Positions 47,014-57,824 of a stretch of DNA of 64,000 nucleotides are shown here, piece by piece (within the stretch, counting starts at the first letter, position 1; each line of letters starts with the position of its first letter). A program made the position numbers and the translations under genes. The stretch is from Glycocaulis sp. (GTDB taxonomy: Bacteria; Pseudomonadota; Alphaproteobacteria; Caulobacterales; Maricaulaceae). The stretch is from the NCBI RefSeq assembly GCF_050485565.1, contig NZ_JBJHBQ010000009.1, forward strand, positions 60,880 through 124,879, written 5' to 3'. The notes below the pieces were generated by a model, which saw only the letters and a list, made by a program, of their open reading frames with translations, searched no databases and was not told the DNA's origin.

Positions 47014-48421
47014 CGGTGATCCCGGCGATTTTCAGGGTCGGCTGGCCAACGCCAACCGGTACGCCCTGGCCTGCCTTGCCGCACGTGCCGATGCCGGGGT
47101 CCATGGCAAAATCATTACCGATCATGGAGATGCGGGTGAGGGCGCTGGGGCCGTCGCCGATCAGGGTTGCGCCCTTGATCGGTTCGGCGATCTTGCCGCC
47201 GCGCACGCGGTAGGCCTCGGTGCAGCGGAAGACGAATTTGCCAGAGGTGATGTCCACCTGCCCGCCGCCGAAATTGGCGGCATAGATGCCGTCGTCCAGG
47301 CTTTCGAGGATCTCCTTCGGATCGTGCTCTCCACCGGTCATGATCGTGTTGGTCATGCGTGGCATGGGCGCGTGGGCATAGCTTTCGCGCCGTCCATTGC
47401 CCGTGGGTTCAACGCCCATCAGGCGGGCATTCATCCGGTCCTGCATGAAGCCGACCAGAATGCCGTCCTCGATCAGCGTCGTGCGGCCCGTCGGCGTGCC
47501 TTCATCATCAATGGTCAAAGAGCCGCGGCGATTGGGAATGGTGCCGTCATCAATGACGGTGACGCCCGGCGCGGCAACACGCTTGCCGACCCGGCCGGCG
47601 AACGCGCTGGTGCCCTTGCGGTTGAAATCGCCTTCCAGGCCGTGGCCCACCGCCTCGTGCAGCAAAATAGCTGGCCAGCCTGCGCCCAGCACCGCTTCCC
47701 ATTCGCCTGCGGGGGCGTCCACTGCTTCGAGATTGACCTTGGCCACGCGCAGGGCCTCGTCGGCAAGACCCTGCCAGCTTTCAGGCGACAGCCATTGGGA
47801 GAATTCCGCGCGGCCACCGGCACCAGCGCTGCCGCTTTCGCGACGTCCATTGCGCTCCACGGTGACGGAGATGTTCAGCCGTACCAGCGGGCGTACATCA
47901 TGGGCCATGTAGCCATCGGCGCGCACAATGCCGATGACACGGCGCGAGGCGGCGATGGAACAGCCCACCTGCACCACTTCCGGATCGCGCGCGCGCAGCC
48001 ATGCGTCTATCTCGCCCAGAAGGGCGGCTTTTGCCTCGAAGCCCGGCTCGCCGATCACATCGACATCATCATAGAGCTTCACGTTGGTGCCGTGCGGGGG
48101 CGGCGCCATCACCGCGTTGCGGCCCTGCCGGGCGGCTGCGGCTGTTTCGCCGGCACGTTTGAGCGCGGCAAGGCTTACATCATTGGAGTGCGCAAAGCCG
48201 GTGGTCTCGCCAAACACGCCGCGCAGGCCAAAACCGCGCCCGGCATCAAAGCTCGCCGCTTTTAGCCGTCCATCATCGAAGGCCAGAGTCTCGTTGGCTT
48301 CTGTTTCAAGGAACAGCTCGCCATCGTCCGCTCCGGCAAGGCTGTCGCGCAATACGCGGCCAGCGTCTTCGGCATCGAAGGCAAATCCGTCAAACGGATC
48401 GGTGGAAGGCGTGCTGGCCAT
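46997..48421 (-). CDS. tldD: metalloprotease TldD
   Basis: HEAVGHGLEGD zinc motif; the overall 474-aa TldD pattern ends in GQPTLKIAGITVGG. Confidence 0.93.
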   Translation of the reverse strand: MASTPSTDPFDGFAFDAEDAGRVLRDSLAGADDGELFLETEANETLAFDDGRLKAASFDAGRGFGLRGVFGETTGFAHSNDVSLAALKRAGETAAAARQGRNAVMAPPPHGTNVKLYDDVDVIGEPGFEAKAALLGEIDAWLRARDPEVVQVGCSIAASRRVIGIVRADGYMAHDVRPLVRLNISVTVERNGRRESGSAGAGGRAEFSQWLSPESWQGLADEALRVAKVNLEAVDAPAGEWEAVLGAGWPAILLHEAVGHGLEGDFNRKGTSAFAGRVGKRVAAPGVTVIDDGTIPNRRGSLTIDDEGTPTGRTTLIEDGILVGFMQDRMNARLMGVEPTGNGRRESYAHAPMPRMTNTIMTGGEHDPKEILESLDDGIYAANFGGGQVDITSGKFVFRCTEAYRVRGGKIAEPIKGATLIGDGPSALTRISMIGNDFAMDPGIGTCGKAGQGVPVGVGQPTLKIAGITVGGAG

Positions 48422-48518
48422 CGGGCTCTCCTGCTTGGGCGTCTAGCACCCAACATAGGGACGTGCGCCCGCCTTATCGACCCTGCTCTCGCAGGTCTTT
48501 TCCTGATGCTCAACACCT

Positions 48519-48838
48519 CGTCATCCCCGCGCAGGCGGGGATCCAGAGATCGAAGAGCGAAGTCCGTGCAAAATGGCATGGATCCCGGCTCAGAGGCCGG
48601 GACCCCGGTGGTTGCCATCGAGCCTTTCAACCGGGTTCCCGGGCTTGACCCGGGACCCATGTTTTCAGCTCTCGAAACATTCCATGGGTCCCCCGTCGGG
48701 GCGGGGGACCCCGGTGGAGGGGGCTTGCAGGATATCTGACAGGCCGCAAAGCGGCCTGAAAAGCACGATCCCCGATCAAGCCGGAGGACGCGTTGCGGAA
48801 CTAAAAGAGGCATGGATCACCCGCATGAAGCGGGTGAT
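48519..48838. repeat. Cluster of GC-rich hairpin/REP-like modules (family 3)
   Basis: Hairpins seen: ATCCCCGC-gcag-GCGGGGAT, TCCCGGC-tcagag-GCCGGGA, TCCCGGG-cttgac-CCGGGA, GTCCCCCG-tcgggg-CGGGGGAC, AGGCCGC-aaa-GCGGCCT and ATCACCCGC-atgaa-GCGGGTGAT. It shares modules with 6655..6945. Confidence 0.75.
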
Positions 48839-48875
48839 GACAGATGGAGGCGGAAGAGGATGAAAGGTTTACGCC

Positions 48876-49457
48876 CTAAGGCTGATGCCTTGCAAAACGG
48901 CGCGGCTGGGCGGCCAGCAGCGCGTTCTCCGGTGCAAGGCGCGCTGCTTCGCGATAGGCGTCGTAGGCATCGTCATACTGGCCGAGGCGTTCCAGCGCGA
49001 TGGCGCGGTTGAAATGGGCCAGATGCGATGGCTCCAGTCCCAGCTCCAGCGCGCGGCGGGCCGAAGCCTGCGCACCGTTGAAATCCCCGATGCGTATCTG
49101 CGCTGCCGAGAGCGTCAGATGAAGCTGCGGCAGATCGTCCAGCAGCGTGCGCGCGGCATTCAGGTCCGTCATGGCATTGCGGCCATCGCCGCGTGCCGCC
49201 GACAGGGCGGCGCGATTGAGATGCAGACGGGCGCGCTCCTCGTCACCGAGGCTCGAATCACGCAGCGCAAAGTCACATGCGCCAAGCGCGCGGGCAGCAT
49301 CAGTGCCTGAAAGCGCTGCCGCCTCACATTCGGAAATGGCCGAACGCACCGCTGGTGCACGCTCCTGGGCAAAGGCTCCGGCGCTGCTGGTGACGGCAAT
49401 TACAAGGCCGGCGAGGCAGGCGATCTGACGGCGCTTGTGCGCAATAAGGGCGTTCAT
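48876..49457 (-). CDS. secreted TPR repeat protein
   Basis: Signal peptide (IACLAGLVIAVTSSAGAFA) and TPR-like units (NRAIALERLGQYDDAYDAYREAARLAP). Confidence 0.7.
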   Translation of the reverse strand: MNALIAHKRRQIACLAGLVIAVTSSAGAFAQERAPAVRSAISECEAAALSGTDAARALGACDFALRDSSLGDEERARLHLNRAALSAARGDGRNAMTDLNAARTLLDDLPQLHLTLSAAQIRIGDFNGAQASARRALELGLEPSHLAHFNRAIALERLGQYDDAYDAYREAARLAPENALLAAQPRRFARHQP

Positions 49458-49671
49458 GACGTCTCCGGCGCTTGAGATTTTCTTCGTGTAAGGCTAGCAG
49501 ACAGCGCAAGCCCGCATCAAACCGAATGTCCGGGCGGAACTGAATTATGTGGGTGCCTTGCGACAAAAAGGCGCTCATGTCGCAATGACACCGGCGCAGG
49601 CCGGTTCTATATTCCGCTGCACGAAGCAGGGCCGCGCCCTGCAGGCTGCCAGAAAAAGTCTTGGGGGTTCC

Positions 49672-50538
49672 ATGCGTTTGAAGCTCATAGCCGGAGCGGG
49701 TCTCGCCGCCGTACTGACCGGCGCGGCATCGGCCACGATTATCGGTGCGCCGGTAGATGGCGGGCTGGGTCTGCAGGAAGCCGTGACGCCGGTGATGGAG
49801 AATATCGTCTCCTTCCACAATCTGCTTTTGTGGATCATCTCGGCGATCTGTCTTCTGGTGCTCGGCCTGATCTTGTGGATCGCCGTACGCTACCGGGCCA
49901 AGACCAATCCCGAGCCCAAGAAATTCAGCCACAACACGCTGATCGAGATCATCTGGACGGCGGTGCCGGTGCTGATCCTCATCGTGATTGCGGTGCCTTC
50001 CTTCCGCCTGCTCTATTTCCAGGACGTGATCCCGGAGGCCGATTTCACCATCAAGGTGACCGGCAATCAGTGGAACTGGACCTATGAGTATCCCGACCAT
50101 GGCGGGTTCGAGTTCATTTCCAACATGCTCGAAGACGATGAGCTCACCAACGAGAACTGGGAGCAGCTGCGCCTTCTGAGCACGGATGTGCCGATTGTCG
50201 TGCCGTCTGGCGCAACGGTGCGCGTGCAGGTGACGGCCTCTGACGTTATCCACTCCTGGGCCGTCCCGGCCTTCGGAGTGAAGATGGACGGCATTCCCGG
50301 CCGCCTGAACGAAACCTGGTTCCTCGTGCCGGAAGGCAATGAAGGCATCTATTTCGGGCAGTGCTCTGAAATCTGCGGCATCCGCCACGCCTTCATGCCC
50401 ATCGAGGTGCATGTCGTGCCTGAGACCGTGTTTACCGCCTGGACCGAAGCGGCCAATGCCGATCCCTACACCGCGTCTGACGTCCTTGCTTCCTATTATG
50501 CCAGCCAGCGCGCCACCCGCGTCGCGGCGGCTCAGTAA
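49672..50538 (+). CDS. coxB: cytochrome c oxidase subunit II
   Basis: CuA site SDVIHSWAVPAFGVKMDGIPGR...GQCSEICGIRHAFMP. ATG 49672 is preferred over the upstream track start. Confidence 0.95.
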   Translation: MRLKLIAGAGLAAVLTGAASATIIGAPVDGGLGLQEAVTPVMENIVSFHNLLLWIISAICLLVLGLILWIAVRYRAKTNPEPKKFSHNTLIEIIWTAVPVLILIVIAVPSFRLLYFQDVIPEADFTIKVTGNQWNWTYEYPDHGGFEFISNMLEDDELTNENWEQLRLLSTDVPIVVPSGATVRVQVTASDVIHSWAVPAFGVKMDGIPGRLNETWFLVPEGNEGIYFGQCSEICGIRHAFMPIEVHVVPETVFTAWTEAANADPYTASDVLASYYASQRATRVAAAQ

Positions 50539-52176
<1,638 letters not shown>

Positions 52177-52211
52177 GCAGGCGTTGAGCCAAAGAGGTCA
52201 GGCACATTACT

Positions 52212-53192
52212 GTGACTGAGAAATCGTCTGAAACCATCACGGGCGGGGCTGCAAGCGCAGCCTCGCCCGCTGACTATATCGCGCTGATGAAGCCGCGCGT
52301 GATGACGCTTGTCGTCTTCACCGGCTTTGCCGGGCTTGTGGCCGCGCCGGCGGAGATGAGCATCATATCGGCGGCGATTGCCATGCTGGCGCTGGCCTTG
52401 GGGGCAGGGGCGGCCGGTGCGTTCAACATGGCCTATGACAGCGATATTGACGCGGTGATGCGCCGTACGCGCCTGCGCCCGGTCGTGCGCGGCATCGTGC
52501 CAAAGTCCGAAGCCTATACGTTTGGCGGCGTGTTCACGCTGGCCTCGGTCACGCTGATGGCGCTGACGGCGAACTATGTGGCGGCCGGGCTGCTGGCCTT
52601 CTCGATCTTCTTCTATGCGCTGGTCTATACGGTCTGGCTGAAGCGCTCGACACCGCAGAATATCGTCATTGGCGGGGCGGCAGGCGCGTTTCCGCCGATG
52701 ATCGGCTGGGCCGCGGCGACGGGCAGTGTCAGCCTTGATTCGGTGATCCTGTTTGCCATCATCTTTTTGTGGACGCCGCCCCATTCCTGGGCGCTGGCGC
52801 TCTACAAGTCTGGCGATTATGCGGCTGCGAAAATCCCGATGATGCCGGTGGCGAAGGGCGCAGCATCTACGCGCCGCCAGATACTGGCGTACGCGCTTGC
52901 CTATGTGGCGATCAGCCTTGCGCCCCTTGCCACGGGGCTTGGCGGGATGATCTATGCCGGTGCGGCGCTGCTGGGCGGCGCGCTGTTTCTGGTCCTGTCC
53001 TGGCGGGTGTTCAATTCGCGCGCCGGTGAAGCCGGTACAGACGAGGACGGGCTATATGAGGTGCGCGCCGGAGACCGCGCTGCACGCGATCTCTTCGCCT
53101 TCTCGATTGCCCATCTGGCGCTGCTGTTTGCCGCGCTGATCGCCGAGCACGGCGTTGGACTTCATTTCGCCTTCGCGCGGTTCTGGAGCTAG
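52212..53192 (+). CDS. ctaB: heme o synthase (protoheme IX farnesyltransferase)
   Basis: DYIALMKPRVMTLVVFT, NMAYDSDIDAVMRRTRLRP. GTG start. Confidence 0.92.
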   Translation: MTEKSSETITGGAASAASPADYIALMKPRVMTLVVFTGFAGLVAAPAEMSIISAAIAMLALALGAGAAGAFNMAYDSDIDAVMRRTRLRPVVRGIVPKSEAYTFGGVFTLASVTLMALTANYVAAGLLAFSIFFYALVYTVWLKRSTPQNIVIGGAAGAFPPMIGWAAATGSVSLDSVILFAIIFLWTPPHSWALALYKSGDYAAAKIPMMPVAKGAASTRRQILAYALAYVAISLAPLATGLGGMIYAGAALLGGALFLVLSWRVFNSRAGEAGTDEDGLYEVRAGDRAARDLFAFSIAHLALLFAALIAEHGVGLHFAFARFWS

Positions 53193-53198
53193 AGTGAG

Positions 53199-53363
53199 AT
53201 GACTGACGAAACCCCTGAAGCGCCCCGCAAGCTGTCCCCGGAAGAGGAAAAGGCGCGCAAGCGTCGCAATGTCGCGATCTTCTGGAGCCTGATCGGGTTT
53301 ATAGTACTGATCTTCCTTGTGACGCTGCAGCGTCTCAGCGCCAACATCGCCGCCGGAGGCTGA
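53199..53363 (+). CDS. CoxF-like small single-TM protein (54 aa)
   Basis: My own translation is MTDETPEAPRKLSPEEEKARKRRNVAIFWSLIGFIVLIFLVTLQRLSANIAAGG. It fills the ctaB-ctaG gap exactly and has a basic N-terminus plus one TM. It falls below the ORF-track length cutoff. Confidence 0.6.
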   Translation: MTDETPEAPRKLSPEEEKARKRRNVAIFWSLIGFIVLIFLVTLQRLSANIAAGG

Positions 53364-53370
53364 CCAACCG

Positions 53371-53955
53371 ATGAAACTGCCCGTACTGTCAGGAAACGTG
53401 AAAGTCCTCGTCATCTGCCTCGGCCTTGCGCTGGGGATGGTAGGCATGGGCTATGCGGCGGTGCCGCTTTACGACCTGTTCTGCCGGGTGACGGGCTATG
53501 GCGGGACCACGCAGACCGCGCAGTATGATCCCGACCAGATTCTCGACCGCACGGTGCGCGTGCGCTTTGATGCCAGCCGCGCGCGCGGATTTCCGTGGGA
53601 ATTTGAACCGCTGCAGCGCGACATGACCGTGCAGGTGGGCGAGACGGCGCTGGCCTTCTACCGCGTCACCAACCCCACCGACCGGCCTGTGACCGGTATC
53701 GCCACCTACAATGTGACACCGTTCAAGATGGGGCCGTATTTTGCCAAGCTGGAATGCTTCTGCTTTACCGAGCAGACGCTGGGGCCGGGCGAGAGCATGG
53801 AGATGCCGGTGGTGTTCTTTATCGATCCGCTGATGGATGAAGAACGGCGCATGGATGACGTGCAGACGGTAACCCTGTCATACACATTCTTCGAGGCCAG
53901 CGATTCGCGGGCCCGTAACCTTGCCGAGCGCGCACCGGCCAATACCGGACGCTAG
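53371..53955 (+). CDS. ctaG: cytochrome c oxidase assembly protein CtaG/Cox11
   Basis: VPLYDLFCRVTGYGGT and the copper site LECFCFTEQ. Confidence 0.93.
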   Translation: MKLPVLSGNVKVLVICLGLALGMVGMGYAAVPLYDLFCRVTGYGGTTQTAQYDPDQILDRTVRVRFDASRARGFPWEFEPLQRDMTVQVGETALAFYRVTNPTDRPVTGIATYNVTPFKMGPYFAKLECFCFTEQTLGPGESMEMPVVFFIDPLMDEERRMDDVQTVTLSYTFFEASDSRARNLAERAPANTGR

Positions 53956-54070
53956 GTCAGGAGAGTTTGCCATGGCGGGCTGAAAACCAGCGCGCCACCT
54001 TATTGATCAGGGGGATGGGGGCGGCTATAGCTGCGTCTCAAATCGCCCGAACGAAGAGCAGGAGAGGCCG

Positions 54071-54949
54071 ATGGCTGGCGGCGCTGTCAAACATGACTAC
54101 CACCTCGTTGATCCGAGCCCGTGGCCGTTCGTCGGCTCTGTGGCCGCGTTCATCCTGGCTATTGGCCTTGTGATTTTCATGGCCGGGCTTTCCACCAATG
54201 AGGAAAGCTGGGCCTACTTCCTGCTGCGCGAAGGCTCCCCCTGGGTGCTCGTGCTGGGCAGCCTGGGCATCATCTACACGATGATCGGCTGGTGGGGCGA
54301 CGTCATCAAGGAATCGATGCGCGGCGACCACACGCCTGTTGTCGATCTTGGCCTGCGCTACGGCATGATCCTGTTCATCGTCTCCGAGGTGATGTTCTTT
54401 GCCGGCTGGTTCTGGATGTTCTTCGAAGCCGCCATCTTCCACGATGTGCGCGCGGGCCTGTCCTGGGATGGTGACCCCATCGGTGTCGACTATTCTGGCT
54501 GGGAAAGCTGGCCGCCGCCGGGCGTTGAGACGTTCGACCCCTTCCACCTGCCATTGATCAACACGCTGATCCTGCTGCTGTCCGGCACGACGGTGACCTG
54601 GGCGCACCACGCCCTGCAGCACGGCGACCGCAATGGCGCCAAATGGGGTCTGGTGTGCACGGTGGCGCTGGGCGCGCTGTTCACGGTCGTTCAGGCTTAT
54701 GAGTACACCCACGCCCATTTCGAGTTTGGCGGCAATCTCTACGGTGCCACCTTCTTCATGGCGACCGGCTTCCACGGCGCGCACGTCATCATCGGAACAA
54801 TCTTCCTAGCGGTGTGCCTGCTCAGACTGCTGGCCGGACACTTCACACCACAGAAGCATTTCGGCCTGGAGGCGGCTGCCTGGTATTGGCACTTCGTCGA
54901 CGTGGTCTGGCTGTTCCTGTTCGCCTTCGTCTACGTGATCTTCCAGTAG
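54071..54949 (+). CDS. coxC: cytochrome c oxidase subunit III
   Basis: HDYHLVDPSPWP, ATGFHGAHVIIGT and WYWHFVDVVWLFLF. Confidence 0.96.
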   Translation: MAGGAVKHDYHLVDPSPWPFVGSVAAFILAIGLVIFMAGLSTNEESWAYFLLREGSPWVLVLGSLGIIYTMIGWWGDVIKESMRGDHTPVVDLGLRYGMILFIVSEVMFFAGWFWMFFEAAIFHDVRAGLSWDGDPIGVDYSGWESWPPPGVETFDPFHLPLINTLILLLSGTTVTWAHHALQHGDRNGAKWGLVCTVALGALFTVVQAYEYTHAHFEFGGNLYGATFFMATGFHGAHVIIGTIFLAVCLLRLLAGHFTPQKHFGLEAAAWYWHFVDVVWLFLFAFVYVIFQ

Positions 54950-54956
54950 ACGCGTT

Positions 54957-55325
54957 ATGAACACTCCCCACCCCGTCATCGCAGGGATCAGCGGACGCTG
55001 CCCACGATGCGGGGAGGGGAGACTGTTTTCCGGCTTCCTGAAATTCGCTGATACGTGCGAGTCCTGCGGGCTGGACATATCGGCCGAAGATGCCGGTGAC
55101 GGCCCGGCCGTTTTTATCATTCTGATCGTAGGCTTTATCGTCGTGCCTCTGGCGCTGGCGCTGGAGCTCGCCCTGGAGCCGCCGCTCTGGCTTCACGTCG
55201 TGCTCTGGCTGCCTCTGGCGCTGGGGCTTTGTGTCGCCTTGCTGCGCCCCTTCAGGGGCGTCATGTTCACGCTGCAATGGCACCATTCAGCGCGCGAGGC
55301 GCGTCTGGACCAGGACGATAGCTGA
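54957..55325 (+). CDS. DUF983 domain protein
   Basis: CPRCGEGRLFSGFLKFADTCESCGLD zinc ribbon plus two TM segments, in the usual position after coxC. Confidence 0.8.
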   Translation: MNTPHPVIAGISGRCPRCGEGRLFSGFLKFADTCESCGLDISAEDAGDGPAVFIILIVGFIVVPLALALELALEPPLWLHVVLWLPLALGLCVALLRPFRGVMFTLQWHHSAREARLDQDDS

Positions 55326-55351
55326 CGCTGCCCCCGGAAGGACCGCTTCCC

Positions 55352-56050
55352 ATGCACTTCCGCCCCATGCCACTCCTCACCGTGCTGACATTGGCAGCGC
55401 TCGCCTTCCTGCTGACGCTGGGCGTATGGCAGAGCCAGCGCATGGCATGGAAGGAGGCTGAGCTGGAACGCTGGCAGGAAGCCAGTGCCAATCCGGCGCG
55501 CGATCTTGACGAGGCGCTGTGCGTGGACGACCCGTTTGAGGGGCGCAGCGTCGGCTTCCTGCCGGAGGAACGCGCCGGCAATGTCCGTGTCTATGGCCGT
55601 TCGCTGGACGATAACCGGCCGGGCTGGCGCATCTTCGTGCTGGTCGATGCGCCGGCATGCCTTGATGCCCCGTTTGTACTGGCCGAAGCGGCGTTCCAGC
55701 CTCTGGTGGAGAACTCTGCGCCCATCAGGATGATATCGCGCTGGCGGATTGAAACGCCGCTCGCTCCGGGTGCGTTCACGCCCGATTCCGATGCAGGCGA
55801 GCGCACCTTCTACGCTTTTGACGGGCCGGGCATGGCTGGAGCGCTGGGCCTGCAGGAGGGCGCGATATCACCCCTGTGGTGGCTGGCAGAGGATACCGGT
55901 GAGCCGCCCGCCTTCCTCACCTCCACCCCGCCGGAGCGCCATTTTGCCTATGCGGTGACGTGGTTTGCCATGGCGATAGCGCTGCTGGTGGTTTATCTGG
56001 TGTTTCACGCTGCCAGAGGACGGCTGTCATTCACCGCGCGGAAAGAGTGA
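55352..56050 (+). CDS. SURF1 family cytochrome oxidase biogenesis protein
   Basis: N- and C-terminal TM segments, LGVWQSQRMAWKEAEL and ERHFAYAVTWFAMA blocks. Confidence 0.88.
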   Translation: MHFRPMPLLTVLTLAALAFLLTLGVWQSQRMAWKEAELERWQEASANPARDLDEALCVDDPFEGRSVGFLPEERAGNVRVYGRSLDDNRPGWRIFVLVDAPACLDAPFVLAEAAFQPLVENSAPIRMISRWRIETPLAPGAFTPDSDAGERTFYAFDGPGMAGALGLQEGAISPLWWLAEDTGEPPAFLTSTPPERHFAYAVTWFAMAIALLVVYLVFHAARGRLSFTARKE

Positions 56051-56091
56051 GTGTGCCAGTCTGACCGGCCCTTTGATCTGGAGGCTCTCCC

Positions 56092-56670
56092 TTGGCGCTG
56101 TGGCGTGACGAAATTCCTGAGACAACGCTGGCGGGTGAGGGCATCCGCCTGCGCCATCCCGGTCCTGATGACTATGAGGCGTGGGCGAAGCTGAGAAGCG
56201 CCAGCCGCGCCCTGACCGAGCCGTGGGAACCGGCCTGGAGCGAAGATGAGCTGACGCGCACCGCCTACAAGCGCCGTCTGCGCCGCTATCAGCAGGATGT
56301 CGAGGCGGGGCAGGGCTACCCCTTCTTCATTTTCCGCGCCTCTGACGGTGTTCTCGTCGGCGCGTGCAATCTCAACAATGTGCGCCGGGGCGTCCTGCAG
56401 GCAGCCGATATCGGCTACTGGGTCGGCTCGCCCTATGTGCGCCGGGGCCATGCCCGCGCGGCGGTGCGCCGTGTGGTGACATTCGCCTTTGCCCAGCTCA
56501 ACCTGAACCGGATCGAGGCGGCAACGCGCCCAGAGAACGAGGCATCGCGCTCATTATTGATGAGCGTAGGCTTCAGCCCGGAGGGCTATGCCCGCAAATA
56601 TCTCAAGATCAATGGCGAATGGCGCGACCATCTCAAATTCGCCATTGTGCGCGGGGATTTGCTGCGGTGA
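56092..56670 (+). CDS. GNAT family N-acetyltransferase (RimJ-like)
   Basis: ADIGYWVGSPYVRRGHARAAV...NLNRIEAATRPENEASRSLLMSVGF. TTG start. Confidence 0.8.
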   Translation: MALWRDEIPETTLAGEGIRLRHPGPDDYEAWAKLRSASRALTEPWEPAWSEDELTRTAYKRRLRRYQQDVEAGQGYPFFIFRASDGVLVGACNLNNVRRGVLQAADIGYWVGSPYVRRGHARAAVRRVVTFAFAQLNLNRIEAATRPENEASRSLLMSVGFSPEGYARKYLKINGEWRDHLKFAIVRGDLLR

Positions 56671-56687
56671 GCGCGGGCGGCGAGGGC

Positions 56688-57824
56688 ATGCTGTCCAAGG
56701 CCGCCGAGGCAGCCGGTGCGCTCGCGATCCAGCTTGATCTTGCGTCCGGCAAGGCCAGTATTTCGGGTGCCGCCGAGGCGTTTGGCCTGACGTGCGACGG
56801 TGTTGGCGATTTTCTGGACTGTGTGGCCCCGTCTGACCGCAAAACTCTGGCCGGTCAGGCGGAGGGGCAGGTCGATCTGCGTCTGCGTCTGGCTCCGCCG
56901 GGTGAGGCAGTGCGCTATGTCCGTCTGCTGGGCGTGCGGCAGGGCGATGGCGTGACGGCGCTTCTCCTGCCTGCGGGCACCGGCCCCGGCACCACGCTGT
57001 CCACGCTTGATGCCGAAGCGGCACTCACTGCGGGGCTGGAGAGCAAGGAGATTATCGCCCACTTCCAGCCGATCATCGCTCTGGACGGCGAGTATCTGGC
57101 CGGGTTCGAGGCGCTGGCGCGCTGGCACCGGCCGGGGCTGGGCGTGATGGGTCCTGATGATTTTCTCTTCCTGGCCGACCGGCTGGGTCTGATGGGGCAG
57201 GTGGGCGATCAGGTGCGTGGCAGCGCCGCGGACAATCTGGCGCGCTGGTTTGCCGGTGCGCAGGCTGCGCCGGATGTTTACGTATCGGCCAATGCCAGCG
57301 TCGGCGAGCTGCTCTCGGACGGGTTTGTGGACACGCTCACGGGCGCGCTGGAACAGGCAAAAGTGCCGCGTGGGCGCTACCGGCTGGAGATCACCGAGAC
57401 CGAGATCATGCGCGATCCCGACCAAGCCGCAGAGATTCTCCATGCGGTAAAGGCGTCCGGCGTGAAGCTGGTGCTGGATGATTTTGGCACCGGGTATTCC
57501 TCGCTCTCCCGGCTCGACCGGTTTCCCTTCGATGTCATCAAGATCGACCAGTATTTCGTGCGCTCCATGATTGCGGACGCCTCGGCGCGCGCGATCACCG
57601 CATCAGTGGTGAAGCTGGCGCGCAATCTGGGCATGACGATCATTGCCGAGGGCGTGGAAACAGCGGAGATGGCCGATCTGGTCGCCGAGATGGGCTGTGA
57701 TTTTGCGCAAGGCTTTCACTATGCCGGCGCGCTGGACCCGCAGGCGGCAGGGCTGGCGGTCAGTCAGGGCGTAGCCGGCAGGTTTGCCGCTCCGCGCCCG
57801 ATCAGGCGGTCAGGCGTGGCCTGA
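56688..57824 (+). CDS. EAL-domain cyclic-di-GMP phosphodiesterase with uncharacterised N-terminal domain
   Basis: FEALARW, EITETE, DDFGTGYSSL, KIDQYF and EGVET motifs are all present. An alternative GTG start at 56667 overlaps the GNAT stop. Confidence 0.85.
   Translation: MLSKAAEAAGALAIQLDLASGKASISGAAEAFGLTCDGVGDFLDCVAPSDRKTLAGQAEGQVDLRLRLAPPGEAVRYVRLLGVRQGDGVTALLLPAGTGPGTTLSTLDAEAALTAGLESKEIIAHFQPIIALDGEYLAGFEALARWHRPGLGVMGPDDFLFLADRLGLMGQVGDQVRGSAADNLARWFAGAQAAPDVYVSANASVGELLSDGFVDTLTGALEQAKVPRGRYRLEITETEIMRDPDQAAEILHAVKASGVKLVLDDFGTGYSSLSRLDRFPFDVIKIDQYFVRSMIADASARAITASVVKLARNLGMTIIAEGVETAEMADLVAEMGCDFAQGFHYAGALDPQAAGLAVSQGVAGRFAAPRPIRRSGVA

Noticed and set aside
46742-48265. 507-aa plus-strand ORF
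   Set aside because: It is antisense to tldD, which carries the HEAVGHGLEGD motif. It shows the typical high-GC shadow composition.
48262-48813. 183-aa minus-strand ORF and several 60-100-aa ORFs in the 48.4-48.9 kb gap
   Set aside because: They read straight through REP-like hairpins, with peptides such as DPRLRGDD and VIPAQAGIQ that are classic repeat translations. No SD or start context is present.
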